Source: a virus. From it: DNA of 64,000 nt. Positions 19,468 to 28,794 of this stretch are shown here, piece after piece; within the stretch, counting starts at the first letter, position 1; each line of letters begins with the position of its first letter. Location: positions 1 through 64,000 of IMG/VR virus record IMGVR_UViG_3300018080_000105; one strand, written 5' to 3'. Under the pieces are notes generated by a model that saw only the letters and a program-made list of their open reading frames with translations, ran no database searches and was not told the origin of the DNA. A program made the position numbers and the translations under genes.

Positions 19468-22395
19468 TCAGATTACGAGATGCAATTCAAGGAAGTTGAG
19501 CGGTGCCGGAACCGTCAGGTTCAGCACGATCTCAACACGGTCAGCCGCCAGCGGATGAATCCGCACGATTGGCTGGCCTTCACTATCCAGTGCAATCTCG
19601 CCAGAGATCAGCTGCGGGCCGAGTTCGTCGGTGTAACCATTGCTCGTGAGGAACTTGATTACCTGGCGAACTTCGTAACGCAGTTTCCGCAGCATAGTTT
19701 CCGTTGCGTTGGCTCGGCCGATGAACGGCTCCAGTCGACGCAGGAACACATAGCTGATGGAGTCCACGTTTCGGCGGATCATCTCTTCCTGAGAGTTCAG
19801 GTCCGTGGTACTCGTGGTCAGAGCGTGCCGCGTATGCGGTGTTCCGTCACGGTCCTCGGTTGCGATCCAGACTCCACCTTCAGCCAGATTATCCAGCTGG
19901 CTGGCAGTGAAGAGTTCCTTCGTTCGAGAGGCCAGGTCGTCAAACCCGGAGATCTCGACATTGGTCAGACCCTGGTGTGGCACCACGCCAGAGACCAGGC
20001 CGGCGAGCGCTGCACCCAGGAAGTAACCTTCCTGAGAGTTGCCAGCTGTGCCGACAATGTCCGGCCAGACTGCGACGACGCGGCGATCCGCGAACGCCTG
20101 AGCCTTGTCGACAATGTCGGTGACCATCTCGTCCTTGGTCTGAGTGTGATAGATCTCGACCATCTGCGGGACGGACACAGGAGCTGTGTTACCGGCCTGC
20201 AGCAGCAGAGAGCTTTCGGACAGCACTCGATCCACCACAAACTCAGAGTAGGTCGCGTCGCCGAAGGCGTCGATCGAGAACAGGTAGCGAACAACGTCGC
20301 CAGCCTGAACTCCATGAGTGACGAATCCAGCATTGTTGGCCGGCACACTCAGTCGCGTGTACTGAGTCCCGCTGGACTGCGGGTCGTCGTCCAACGTAGC
20401 CAAAACCGTTTCGCCATCGACAGACGTCGGTGTCAGAGCCTGAGTGTCCGCGTCGCTCTTGCCGACCACCATTCGTACGGACGGAGTCTGCAGGTTGACG
20501 AACATGGCTTTCCAGTTGCCCGCTTCGGCACTGGATTCCGCCGTCACCTGAGCGTGGAACAGGTTCTGAACCTCGGTGTCGTAGGTCAGTGGCACGAAGT
20601 TGTAAACGTCGTCCCGGCCAGACAGTTGCTCCAGCACATCCTGCCATGAATCCAGTGAAGTCGGATCCGCGACAGCGGTGTAACCCACCTTGGTGCCGTT
20701 GGCGTTCTGCAGTGCACGGTAGACACCCCACTTCAGTGGGTTGCCTTCGTCCAGCTGTCCCGGGATCTGATCGATATCCGCGATATCGTCGATGAACCCG
20801 ATCGCGCCGGTGAGAGCTGTCAGCCACTCAGCGTATTCGATGTAAACCACACCGAACTCGGTTGAGCTGGAAGCTGTACCAGACACGCCGTCCCAGACCG
20901 GCATGGCCTGCTCAACGCCGGACTTAGTCCAGGTGGCGTCGTAGGCAGTAATGCCGGCCTTGGTGATCAGCTGGGTGGTCTCAACTTCGTAGTTGACGTT
21001 TGGCGGAGAGCTCAGACGGTTTTCCGTGACCTCGATGGTCTTCGGAATGAACAGTCGAACGTCCAGGTCGGTTGCATCCTGAAGGTCTGTCGGGAGGTCG
21101 TCCCGCAGGATCAGGGTGCGAACCGGGCCATTGCTTCCGCTCACCACAGAAATGTGGAACTTGTCGCCCTTCCGCAGACCAGCGAGGGTGTCGTCACCCA
21201 TGCCGAAGCTGAAGGTAGCAGACGAGCTGGAAGACAGGTTCCCGCAGTCCTTGAACTGAGCAGTCAGTCCGTTGGAACCGACAGGGAAGCTGACGTTAGC
21301 CGCCGTGATGACAGTCGGGCCGGACGTATCCAGTCCCTTCGCCGTGGTCACAGAGACTTCAGGGAGTTCAGCCCACAGGCCGCCCTTCGTCACTTCGATC
21401 ACGTAGGTGTCATCGAAATCACCAGTGTACGTGGAACCTTCTTCGATGCAGGCTCGCTCGAACGCCTGGGTGACTTCCACAGTCCATTCCTGGCCGACAG
21501 TCAGTTCGCCGTCTTCGATACCGGCGGAGCTGGCAGAGTCAGAGCAGGTACCGGCAACGTCGCTGAACGTCACGGTCAGTCCACGAGTTCCGATGGTCGT
21601 GGGAGATCCCAGATCCGCCGGAGTCACGTCGTCAGCGTTGTCCGTACCGCTGTCGCTCACCACACGCAGGCGTGCAGCATTACAGCCGGAGACCGCAGAC
21701 TTGGTCACGGTGATCGTGTAGGTCTCACTGACGTAACCGTCAGCCAGGCCATTATAGGAGCCGCCAACGGCCGCCGCGATACAGTTGATCGGACCAGCGG
21801 TCTGACTTACTGAGCTGGCAGCTGTTTTAGAACCCTGGTTGTTGGTGTCATTCGTAGCACCAAAGATCGTGGCAGTCCCTTCTTCCGCCACAAAGCCGTC
21901 GATGTACGTCCAAAGTTCTTTTTCCGTACATTCGTCTTCTTCGCCGGCTACACCGCGAATGTAGGCCACGTCGCCAACCTGGGCGTCGCGGTCGTTCAGC
22001 AGAGCTGATCGCGGGTAAGATGTGCCGTTGGACTGGTAAGAGATCGTCGAGCTGGTCACGCGGTTTTTGTAACCAGCAACCGGCGTGTTGACTCCGCGAC
22101 CACCGGAACCATCTCCGATGACGTCCTCGAAGTACATCAGCAAGGCGTTTTCGATCCACACCTTGATGCTGTCTGGATCAACCAGACTGCCAGCGGTGCG
22201 ATCGGGCCACGGGTAGTTTTGGTCAGTGAGGCGATCATACGCCCCGACGTCGATATTCGCCTTTTCAGCTGCTTCCGAGTAACGGTGCAGCATGGCGTTC
22301 GCGCCGGAGATATGGGCTCGCAGCGGGTCTACTACCTCAGAAGAGGCCAGGCTGAATTCCTGGAAGACCTGCACTTGGGGCTTAACGTAGGACAT
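19468..22395 (-). CDS. Contractile tail sheath protein with large insertion domains (975 aa)
   Basis: N-terminal YVKPQVQVFQE; C-terminal LDNLAEGGVWI...EEMIRRNVDSIS...DRVEIVLNLTVPAPLNFLELHLVI; strong GGAGGAG RBS. Confidence 0.92.
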   Translation of the reverse strand: MSYVKPQVQVFQEFSLASSEVVDPLRAHISGANAMLHRYSEAAEKANIDVGAYDRLTDQNYPWPDRTAGSLVDPDSIKVWIENALLMYFEDVIGDGSGGRGVNTPVAGYKNRVTSSTISYQSNGTSYPRSALLNDRDAQVGDVAYIRGVAGEEDECTEKELWTYIDGFVAEEGTATIFGATNDTNNQGSKTAASSVSQTAGPINCIAAAVGGSYNGLADGYVSETYTITVTKSAVSGCNAARLRVVSDSGTDNADDVTPADLGSPTTIGTRGLTVTFSDVAGTCSDSASSAGIEDGELTVGQEWTVEVTQAFERACIEEGSTYTGDFDDTYVIEVTKGGLWAELPEVSVTTAKGLDTSGPTVITAANVSFPVGSNGLTAQFKDCGNLSSSSSATFSFGMGDDTLAGLRKGDKFHISVVSGSNGPVRTLILRDDLPTDLQDATDLDVRLFIPKTIEVTENRLSSPPNVNYEVETTQLITKAGITAYDATWTKSGVEQAMPVWDGVSGTASSSTEFGVVYIEYAEWLTALTGAIGFIDDIADIDQIPGQLDEGNPLKWGVYRALQNANGTKVGYTAVADPTSLDSWQDVLEQLSGRDDVYNFVPLTYDTEVQNLFHAQVTAESSAEAGNWKAMFVNLQTPSVRMVVGKSDADTQALTPTSVDGETVLATLDDDPQSSGTQYTRLSVPANNAGFVTHGVQAGDVVRYLFSIDAFGDATYSEFVVDRVLSESSLLLQAGNTAPVSVPQMVEIYHTQTKDEMVTDIVDKAQAFADRRVVAVWPDIVGTAGNSQEGYFLGAALAGLVSGVVPHQGLTNVEISGFDDLASRTKELFTASQLDNLAEGGVWIATEDRDGTPHTRHALTTSTTDLNSQEEMIRRNVDSISYVFLRRLEPFIGRANATETMLRKLRYEVRQVIKFLTSNGYTDELGPQLISGEIALDSEGQPIVRIHPLAADRVEIVLNLTVPAPLNFLELHLVI

Positions 22396-22444
22396 CGAGT
22401 CTCCTCCTGGAACAGGATGATTGAATTCGAGTTTAACTGCGGTA

Positions 22445-23164
22445 TCAGTACCCCGCCAGAACTTGCGACGTTCGCCACGTGATTCGTTTGATCCGCGGTG
22501 CTTCTTCCTGCAGTGTCCAGAATTCAGGGACAGCGTAGGCGACAGTCAGCGGAACAACGTAATTCTCCGTGGACTCCTTCAGGGCTGATACAGATCCGAT
22601 TGAAACAGGTACAAAGCGCTGAAGTTCCAATGCAGAAATGATCTGACTGGAGAACCACAACAGGCACTTCATAGTCTCGATGGCAAGCGTCTGAGCCTCC
22701 CGACCGCCATTCGCGATGGCGAAGATCGTATGAGTACCGGTCCAGTAGCCACCAAAGGTCTGAATACCTGACCTGAATTCGGTGCCTGCTTTGTCTCCGA
22801 TACCCAACCGCAGCCAACGCCACTCCCCTTCCTTCAGGATCAGCGCTGGTCTCGATTCCGTGAGCTCGGGCCGCCACCGATGCAGAGACTCAATCATGAG
22901 TCCGTTCTCGTTGTCCGGGCTCCACACCCCGTCGCGTTCCATCATTGCTCGCATGGATCGTGACAGGATGTTATTGCTGTCTGCGTAGTGCTGAATCAGC
23001 ACCTGCCGCAAGGCTCCCTGCATGACCAGTGGCGACTGGCCATAAGAGCAAAGCGACGAGATCGACTCGACTCGTTTCTCTGGCTTAGAACCCTGGGGAT
23101 ACCGGGACTCCACCGATTCGGGATTGTCCGGTTGTTCCGGGCATGTTTGCGAAATCGGGGCCAA
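22445..23164 (-). CDS. Tail completion / terminator-like neck protein (TTG start)
   Basis: Directly upstream of the sheath; AAGGA RBS 7 nt before TTG; alternating beta/alpha pattern. Confidence 0.55.
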   Translation of the reverse strand: MAPISQTCPEQPDNPESVESRYPQGSKPEKRVESISSLCSYGQSPLVMQGALRQVLIQHYADSNNILSRSMRAMMERDGVWSPDNENGLMIESLHRWRPELTESRPALILKEGEWRWLRLGIGDKAGTEFRSGIQTFGGYWTGTHTIFAIANGGREAQTLAIETMKCLLWFSSQIISALELQRFVPVSIGSVSALKESTENYVVPLTVAYAVPEFWTLQEEAPRIKRITWRTSQVLAGY

Positions 23165-23303
23165 AGGTGAATCCTTCCTTGGTTTCGGCAGGTAGCTTTC
23201 CCAGAGCTGCGTTTATTGCATCCTGGTCCGGCTCGAACTCGTGCATCGACAACTTCGGCAGAAAACCCATTTTGACTTTCTTGTCTCGGTCGTCGTCTGA
23301 CAT
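23085..23303 (-). CDS. Small hypothetical protein (72 aa, MSDDDRDKK...)
   Basis: Strong GAGGAGG RBS; overlaps the next gene by about 80 nt. Confidence 0.55.
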   Translation of the reverse strand: MSDDDRDKKVKMGFLPKLSMHEFEPDQDAINAALGKLPAETKEGFTFGPDFANMPGTTGQSRIGGVPVSPGF

Positions 23304-23354
23304 GATTGCCTCCTCGCGTAGGATAAACGCCGGGACGCGTGACAGCAATACCGG

Positions 23355-25100
23355 CTAGAATCCGCCAAAATCATCTTCAAAGTTGAAACGCTTACCTGCG
23401 TCATTTTGAGGGAGCCGTGGCGGTGGAGGCGGCGGGTTGCCGGCGGGAGGGGCGGCTGTGAGAGGAGCGGCGTCGCCAGCAGTGGCTTCGATACCGGTGA
23501 TTTCGACTCCGATGTAATTTAACAGCATTTCAGCCGAACGGTGGCCTGCCCGAAGTTCGACCCCGACCTGGAAATTCTCAAAATCAGAGGCATTCCAGAC
23601 GCCGGTAAACGTGACTACCTCAGTCTTCTCGCCGTCATCGTTGTCGAAATTGACTTGCAGAATAGACGACCAACCACCTCCGGCGTAAATCCGCACAAGA
23701 ACATCAAAGTCACTACTTGTAGCTTCTGCTTTCACAGACACATCGACTTGGGTAATACCATTGTCTATGTACGTTTTTACCGGGTTGGTTGTGCCGAAAA
23801 TACTCTGCTGGTATTCCGCAGAGTCATCAACAAAGACCGTAACGAGGTCATCGGCATGTAATGCGTAATAATTACCCCAAGGAACTGCGAAGTCCTCGTT
23901 CAGCACCAGCATCTCAGACGTGGTGAGTCCTGTCGATGACTGTGAGCTACAGTCTTCCGTGACTACGACAGTGGCTGTATCCGGACCAAATTCACCTGGC
24001 TTCTCAAATTGCAGTACATACGTATCGGGGACCAACAACATTGCCGTCGTCCACATCCCGTTCGCGTCTGTCTGGCTGGAAGCGACAGCATAATCCGGCG
24101 TACGGTTATTGGCTTCCCAGTTTGACTGCGTAAAGGCCAGGATTGTAGCGCCATCGATCGGGCAGCAGTCTGCTGCCTGGTAGATGTACTCACCTGCCCC
24201 ACAATAGTCGTGATCGATGCGGACGCATCCGGTGCCATCAGTTGGCTGGTAGTCTTCACCGCCTTCCCCGGTGGCAGGGTCGTACGACATCCCAGTCACA
24301 GGGATCTTGTACACAACATCGTTGTACGGCAGCAGGTTGATGGTCGCTTCAACGACCAGCGGAACACCGCGAAGTTTGGCCACGACCTGTACTTCATCGA
24401 TGCTCCATCGCTGATCGTTGCGAGCATCGACCCAGACATCTTCCTTGGAAATGGCAGGAAACCCGATAAACCGAGCACGCACAGTTCCGGGCCGGGAGCT
24501 GTACTGGGCAATGTTGTCACCGCCGCGCTTCTCAGCAATGAACTCCCCGGTCATGTCAGCCATGACCGGAACAGGTGGGTGGTACCCAACCTTAAAGGCG
24601 GTGCCCCATGTGGATAGGTCACCGCTGTCAATGACTTCGTCTGTGAGGAAGTCAGTGTTCTTCTCGCTCTTCACGCCATACCGCATCTTGCGGATCAGGT
24701 AGCCGTGACTGCCAGCCTGTTTCAATCGCAGCGATTCTTTGCGTACGATCTCTCGGGCCAGGTTCCAGTCCTTCGACTCCAGCAACCCCCAGATGCTTTC
24801 CGGGCCGGAGACGTAACGATGGCGAGAGGTTGTAAGGACAATCCGGTAATGTGTCCGAAGAGTCTTACCGGATTGCTCCCGGGAGGTATCATCGTCCAGG
24901 TAGGCTGGATTGACCGCAGCAGAACCAACGTCGACCCAGTCGAGCGCGTTGTCCGTGCCGGTATAGCTGGCCTGCAGCTGGAACGTGTACGGGTGAGGAT
25001 CACCAAAGGTATCCGCCAACTCCCACCAGATCCGAGAGGATCCATGGAACATGTGGTCGACCATAAGACGTTTGAACGGCCACCTATGACTCGAAGGCAT
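23355..25100 (-). CDS. Head-closure (neck) protein fused to additional beta-sandwich domains (581 aa)
   Basis: FN3-like N-terminus; neck-like core (TAFKVGYHPPV...RARFIGFPAISKEDVWV...RWSIDEVQ); carboxypeptidase-regulatory-like segment and a further C-terminal domain. Confidence 0.55.
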   Translation of the reverse strand: MPSSHRWPFKRLMVDHMFHGSSRIWWELADTFGDPHPYTFQLQASYTGTDNALDWVDVGSAAVNPAYLDDDTSREQSGKTLRTHYRIVLTTSRHRYVSGPESIWGLLESKDWNLAREIVRKESLRLKQAGSHGYLIRKMRYGVKSEKNTDFLTDEVIDSGDLSTWGTAFKVGYHPPVPVMADMTGEFIAEKRGGDNIAQYSSRPGTVRARFIGFPAISKEDVWVDARNDQRWSIDEVQVVAKLRGVPLVVEATINLLPYNDVVYKIPVTGMSYDPATGEGGEDYQPTDGTGCVRIDHDYCGAGEYIYQAADCCPIDGATILAFTQSNWEANNRTPDYAVASSQTDANGMWTTAMLLVPDTYVLQFEKPGEFGPDTATVVVTEDCSSQSSTGLTTSEMLVLNEDFAVPWGNYYALHADDLVTVFVDDSAEYQQSIFGTTNPVKTYIDNGITQVDVSVKAEATSSDFDVLVRIYAGGGWSSILQVNFDNDDGEKTEVVTFTGVWNASDFENFQVGVELRAGHRSAEMLLNYIGVEITGIEATAGDAAPLTAAPPAGNPPPPPPRLPQNDAGKRFNFEDDFGGF

Positions 25101-25284
25101 CAGTATCTTCTCCCCAGCAGGATTTTTGAATGTCTTCGATTATATCTTTTGGTGCGTGTACAACCGGTTGTGCGAGGGGTATGCGCGGTATCAACTTCTT
25201 CGCCAGCAGTAGCGACTCTTTTAGCGGTAGGTCTGCCGGAAGAGGGCGAGGAGACACAGGCACCCCGAAAAGATATTCAGTCAT
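25084..25284 (-). CDS. Small hypothetical protein (66 aa)
   Basis: ATGA-type overlap with the upstream gene; fills the gap in the operon. Confidence 0.45.
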   Translation of the reverse strand: MTEYLFGVPVSPRPLPADLPLKESLLLAKKLIPRIPLAQPVVHAPKDIIEDIQKSCWGEDTDAFES

Positions 25285-25619
25285 GAAAAGTCTGCCTGCG
25301 CAAGTTTACTGGTGGCGCCGATCACCGCGCCGAGAACTTCCCGACGATAACCGGCGTCGTATAATCGTTGATTTTCTTCTACGGTACGATTCTTCTTCTT
25401 CGCCAATACATCCAGTTCTGCAGCTTCCGGATCTTCCAGATTGAGAAGTGCACGGCGTTCTTCCGGTAACAAGTCCTCTACCGGGACCGTGTCAAAACAT
25501 GCCCCGAAATCCTTACCAAACAGAATCATCTTCTCGCCAATCGTCTCGCGGACGTAGGCCTCAACGCGGTCCAACTCACCGCGGATCGAATAGAACGTGT
25601 GATTGATCACCTCGGTCAT
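25281..25619 (-). CDS. Hypothetical protein (~112 aa; start moved to MTEVIN)
   Basis: TGATG coupling to the adaptor gene. Confidence 0.6.
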   Translation of the reverse strand: MTEVINHTFYSIRGELDRVEAYVRETIGEKMILFGKDFGACFDTVPVEDLLPEERRALLNLEDPEAAELDVLAKKKNRTVEENQRLYDAGYRREVLGAVIGATSKLAQADFS

Positions 25620-26644
25620 CACGAATACCTGTATGGAGAACCGACGCCGCCGTAACAATTCTCCAGGTTGATGGTTCCCTTCTGACGAGCTACGAAGATC
25701 TTGAATTCATCAAGTCGTCGCTGAGCGGCCTTCTCGTAGTTGGGTTCCTTGTCCTGGTCGTTAATGTTCACTCCTGCCGCAGAATACTGCAAGTTGTTCC
25801 GCCGCATTTGTTCTGCAGCAGTCAGAAACAGATAGCCGGAGATCGCCATCAGCCAGTGGTAGCGATACGGGAAGTTGGAAGTGGTATGAATGCTGACCGG
25901 CGGCGGGATCTCGTTCCAATACTGCACCGGCAACCAGATTGCCTGCATGATCTCTTCGTCAGAGAACGCCAGGTTGTCGAGCAGGTAGCTCTCTGCCGGA
26001 TCTGTGTCTCGCAGGTGCATCCGGATCTCGGGCAAAGACGGCGGACCCAGCGGGCCGTGCGAGCCCATGCGGTTATTCCACAGGTTCCGGCCAATGTGGA
26101 CATACACAGTGTTCGAGAAGACCGGGCGGTCCAGGTCTTCAGTGTCTGTCGTACATTCCACCAACACGAACTGCCCGAAGTACACACCCGGCGTACAGGT
26201 TGCCTCTTCTGGCAGGACAGCTGTGACGGAGCCGGCTGCGGCATCCGCCACTGTCACGGGATAATCAACGCCACTGCCGCCACTGAGGTATTCGTTAAGG
26301 CGGAAGACCATGTTGTAAGCGCACGCACAGTCTGACTCCGAAGAAGATTCGGACAGCGACAGTGAGCCGCCTTCGTCAGTACAAAGGCAGCCACTCAGAT
26401 CCACAGGGCTGCCGTCAGCATCCCGCATGATGTGAGAGATTTCGGCCTTCTGCTGACCCGGGATCTCGATGGCCCGAGTGCGGGTCAGCAGAGGCGTACC
26501 GGTTGACGGTTCCTTTGGCTCACGAGGAGCCAGCACATGTTGTCCGACGCACGAAACAGGGGACGGGTTCGGGAGAACTGCTCCCGGCGTACCATCCACG
26601 GTGCATGTTTCCGGGTTTCCTGCTGGTGTTCCAGTGATAGGCAC
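25619..26644 (-). CDS. Head-tail adaptor (connector) with N-terminal BppU/Ig-like domain
   Basis: C-terminal EIRMHLRD...FSDEEIMQAIW...YWNEIPP...RNNLQYSAAGVNINDQDK is a connector-type pattern; AGGAGG RBS before GTG. Confidence 0.65.
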   Translation of the reverse strand: MPITGTPAGNPETCTVDGTPGAVLPNPSPVSCVGQHVLAPREPKEPSTGTPLLTRTRAIEIPGQQKAEISHIMRDADGSPVDLSGCLCTDEGGSLSLSESSSESDCACAYNMVFRLNEYLSGGSGVDYPVTVADAAAGSVTAVLPEEATCTPGVYFGQFVLVECTTDTEDLDRPVFSNTVYVHIGRNLWNNRMGSHGPLGPPSLPEIRMHLRDTDPAESYLLDNLAFSDEEIMQAIWLPVQYWNEIPPPVSIHTTSNFPYRYHWLMAISGYLFLTAAEQMRRNNLQYSAAGVNINDQDKEPNYEKAAQRRLDEFKIFVARQKGTINLENCYGGVGSPYRYS

Positions 26645-26662
26645 GGCAGCCTCCTGATAGCT

Positions 26663-26701
26663 AAAAAAAACCGGACCGGACGGGCCGAAGCCCGCCGCGG
26701 T
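26663..26701 (-). terminator. Rho-independent terminator with cUUCGg loop
   Basis: Minus strand ACCGCGGCGGGC-TTCG-GCCCGTCCGGT-CCGG-T8. Confidence 0.85.
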
Positions 26702-26723
26702 TCAGTTTAACAACGGATCCGGA

Positions 26724-26903
26724 TCAGGGGTAGATCGGGCCGCGGGACTCCAGAGAGTCAGGAATCCGTGTCACAGCAGTCAGAGGTGCCGACTCGGGAT
26801 AGACGGCGTCATAGAGCAGAATGCTCGTGAGTGACATGAGGGCGCCCAGCATGCAGGCAGTGAACACGGCGTACGCTGAAATCAGAAACTTGGGAATGTA
26901 CAT
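26724..26903 (-). CDS. Small membrane protein (59 aa), not in the ORF track
   Basis: Manual translation MYIPKFLISAYAVFTACMLGALMSLTSILLYDAVYPESAPLTAVTRIPDSLESRGPIYP; one TM helix; shares the island leader motif. Confidence 0.65.
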   Translation of the reverse strand: MYIPKFLISAYAVFTACMLGALMSLTSILLYDAVYPESAPLTAVTRIPDSLESRGPIYP

Positions 26904-26950
26904 GAGAGATCCTTTGAAAATGGTTCACGAAAAGAGGGTACTTTTGTGAA

Positions 26951-27196
26951 TCAGTCGCGGTTGACAGACGCTTCCAGATTGCGGAGCAAGTCTTCCATGT
27001 CGTTCGCTTCGGGCAGCGTGTTCACAAGCCCTCCTTTGTACGCTACGCGGTGGACGTGCTCAGCCACGTTTTCAAGATCACCGCCCACCGTGCTGAAGGT
27101 TTCAGAAGCGGAGTGTCCATTGAACCAGCCAAGAACGACCAGGCCGACACAGATCAGGCCAAAGGCCATAACAGTATTTACAACGAATTCTTTCAT
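26951..27196 (-). CDS. Small membrane-anchored protein (81 aa)
   Basis: N-terminal TM segment; TTTGAAAG-N8-ATG leader. Confidence 0.7.
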   Translation of the reverse strand: MKEFVVNTVMAFGLICVGLVVLGWFNGHSASETFSTVGGDLENVAEHVHRVAYKGGLVNTLPEANDMEDLLRNLEASVNRD

Positions 27197-27240
27197 GAGG
27201 GTAACTTTCAAAGTGAAGTGAGGTGAAAAGTGAGGTGGAA

Positions 27241-27456
27241 CTAAAAAGACTCGTGGTACGCCCCGTATTCAGTCACGGCGTCCATGACTTCCTGCTGCCA
27301 GCGGCTCTCTTCGAGCAACTCCTGGTAAGCCGGTTCGTCCAACGCATCCATCTCGTCGCGAAGGGCACGCAGGTTCTCCAGTTCTTCAATGTCAGTGGCG
27401 CGTTCGATGGCAGCTTCCACACCAGCCTTGCGGCGTTTGAGATCAGCAGTAGTCAT
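27241..27456 (-). CDS. Small acidic helical protein (71 aa)
   Basis: TTTGAAAG-N8-ATG leader; coiled-coil-like composition. Confidence 0.7.
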   Translation of the reverse strand: MTTADLKRRKAGVEAAIERATDIEELENLRALRDEMDALDEPAYQELLEESRWQQEVMDAVTEYGAYHESF

Positions 27457-27467
27457 AACAGTAGCTT

Positions 27468-27701
27468 TCAAACAAGGGTTTTACGGAGCCGTTTAACTGC
27501 ACATGTCCATCGCAGCCGATAACGCTGATTTTGCATGGACAGTGGGACATCCCGGTAACAACAGGGACAGAACGCATACTTCAACTCTTTGTCGAACAGC
27601 GAGTTGTAGAACTCGGTGTCTGGGACCGCTGCGGGCGGCACCGGCCGCTGGCATACTTCACAGAGTTGAAGCTGCAGCAACTGCATGGCGAGTCCTGGCA
27701 T
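27468..27701 (-). CDS. Small Zn-ribbon protein (77 aa)
   Basis: CEVC...FCPCC; CAGGAGG RBS before ATG at 27701. Confidence 0.65.
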   Translation of the reverse strand: MPGLAMQLLQLQLCEVCQRPVPPAAVPDTEFYNSLFDKELKYAFCPCCYRDVPLSMQNQRYRLRWTCAVKRLRKTLV

Positions 27702-27773
27702 AGTGGCCTCCTGCGGTGAGTGGTAAATAAGAACCACCGCGAGCATGGCGTCTCGCGGTGGCTTTCTCTGTTC

Positions 27774-27790
27774 GACAGGTAATACCTGTC
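27774..27790. promoter_or_regulatory. Perfect 17 bp palindrome (operator or hairpin promoter candidate)
   Basis: GACAGGTA-A-TACCTGTC between the upstream terminator and the first island gene; contains TATTAC on the minus strand. Confidence 0.55.
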
Positions 27791-27830
27791 TACTTCACAT
27801 GCCGCATTTTCGCCGTTTGTTTAGCGCACG

Positions 27831-27860
27831 AAAAAAGGACGAGTCCGAAGACTCGCCCTT
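27831..27860 (-). terminator. Rho-independent terminator with cUUCGg loop ending the capsid transcript
   Basis: Minus strand AAGGGCGAGTC-TTCG-GACTCGTCCTT-TTTT. Confidence 0.88.
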
Positions 27861-27901
27861 AATATCCCAGGCAGGATGGGATCTCATTTTTCAGAGGAAG
27901 G

Positions 27902-28264
27902 TTAGACAGCCGCGTAGCTGTCTGAGTCATCTGAGGCGTAAGTTGGGTCAACGGTCCCGAGGGAACCACCCACTACGCTCAAAGAGACTGGCTGCTCGTC
28001 GGTGGTGTCCCACAGGACGGGAGCCGGCCGACTGTTGATCCGGATGTCCTGTGCTTTCACCGCTCGTTCGAGTCCGTCGAACGGTCGGCGTCGGCCGCCC
28101 TGCTGGACTTTGGAGCCCAGAGAGGCGATCAGGTCACCAGGAATGTTCACGACTTCCCCGGCACCCAACCTCATTCCGCGAGGGCCAAGGAACCCGAAAG
28201 TACGTTCACCGCCGGTGAGGTTTTCAACCACGGTGTACAGTTCGTCAGTAGAAGGATTCGCCAT
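27902..28264 (-). CDS. Putative capsid accessory protein (120 aa)
   Basis: GGAGGG RBS; last gene of the capsid transcript; beta-rich. Confidence 0.6.
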   Translation of the reverse strand: MANPSTDELYTVVENLTGGERTFGFLGPRGMRLGAGEVVNIPGDLIASLGSKVQQGGRRRPFDGLERAVKAQDIRINSRPAPVLWDTTDEQPVSLSVVGGSLGTVDPTYASDDSDSYAAV

Positions 28265-28324
28265 AATGGCCCTCCGTTGAATTTATGGTGAAGTGCGTCG
28301 TTCGCACGTCGCCGGACAGGCAGG

Positions 28325-28705
28325 TCAGGCACTCGCGGCGTGAGTATGAATACTCAGAATCGCGTGAGCCAGTTCCTGGTCTTCCTTTGACAGGTGAGCG
28401 GCAGCCACTTTGATGTTGTCAGTCTGAGGATCTTCTGCCAGTCCGGAGTCAACAAGCTGAGCATCGAGTGCCTGGCTTGCAGCATCCAGCATGGAGTTCG
28501 GTGACTGTGCAGCGGCTTGCTTTTCGTGAGCGTTCCGCAGTTTGCCAGCCATCTGGAGCATCTGTGCAGCCTGTTCGTCGTTCTCTGGTCGGATGTTGAA
28601 ATCCTGGGCCAGCTTGGCGAAGAAAGGCGGCGTGTACAGACGGTGCATCACCATTGAGTGAGCATCGTCAAACGACATTGGATTGTTGGGAGTCTGATCA
28701 GTCAC
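28325..28705 (-). CDS. Small head protein with K-x-A motifs (126 aa)
   Basis: AKLAQ, EKQAAA, IKVAAA; directly after the capsid gene. Confidence 0.7.
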   Translation of the reverse strand: MTDQTPNNPMSFDDAHSMVMHRLYTPPFFAKLAQDFNIRPENDEQAAQMLQMAGKLRNAHEKQAAAQSPNSMLDAASQALDAQLVDSGLAEDPQTDNIKVAAAHLSKEDQELAHAILSIHTHAASA

Positions 28706-28794
28706 GAGACTGGTTCCTTTATGAATTGAGGCTGCGGGAGAGGCACCCAGCAGAACGCCTGCCGGGTGCTCTCATCAGTCCCGATGAACAGAGG

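Noticed and set aside
417-22395. Extracellular contractile injection system, tailocin or T6SS interpretation
   Set aside because: Capsid, protease, scaffold and head-tail adaptor genes are contiguous with the tail genes, so this is a complete phage morphogenesis region.
23196-23202. Lambda-type slippery heptamer G GGA AAG in frame in the 72 aa ORF
   Set aside because: A -1 shift leads into an Arg-rich frame that soon stops. The overlapping tail-completion gene is in the +1 frame and has its own RBS and TTG.
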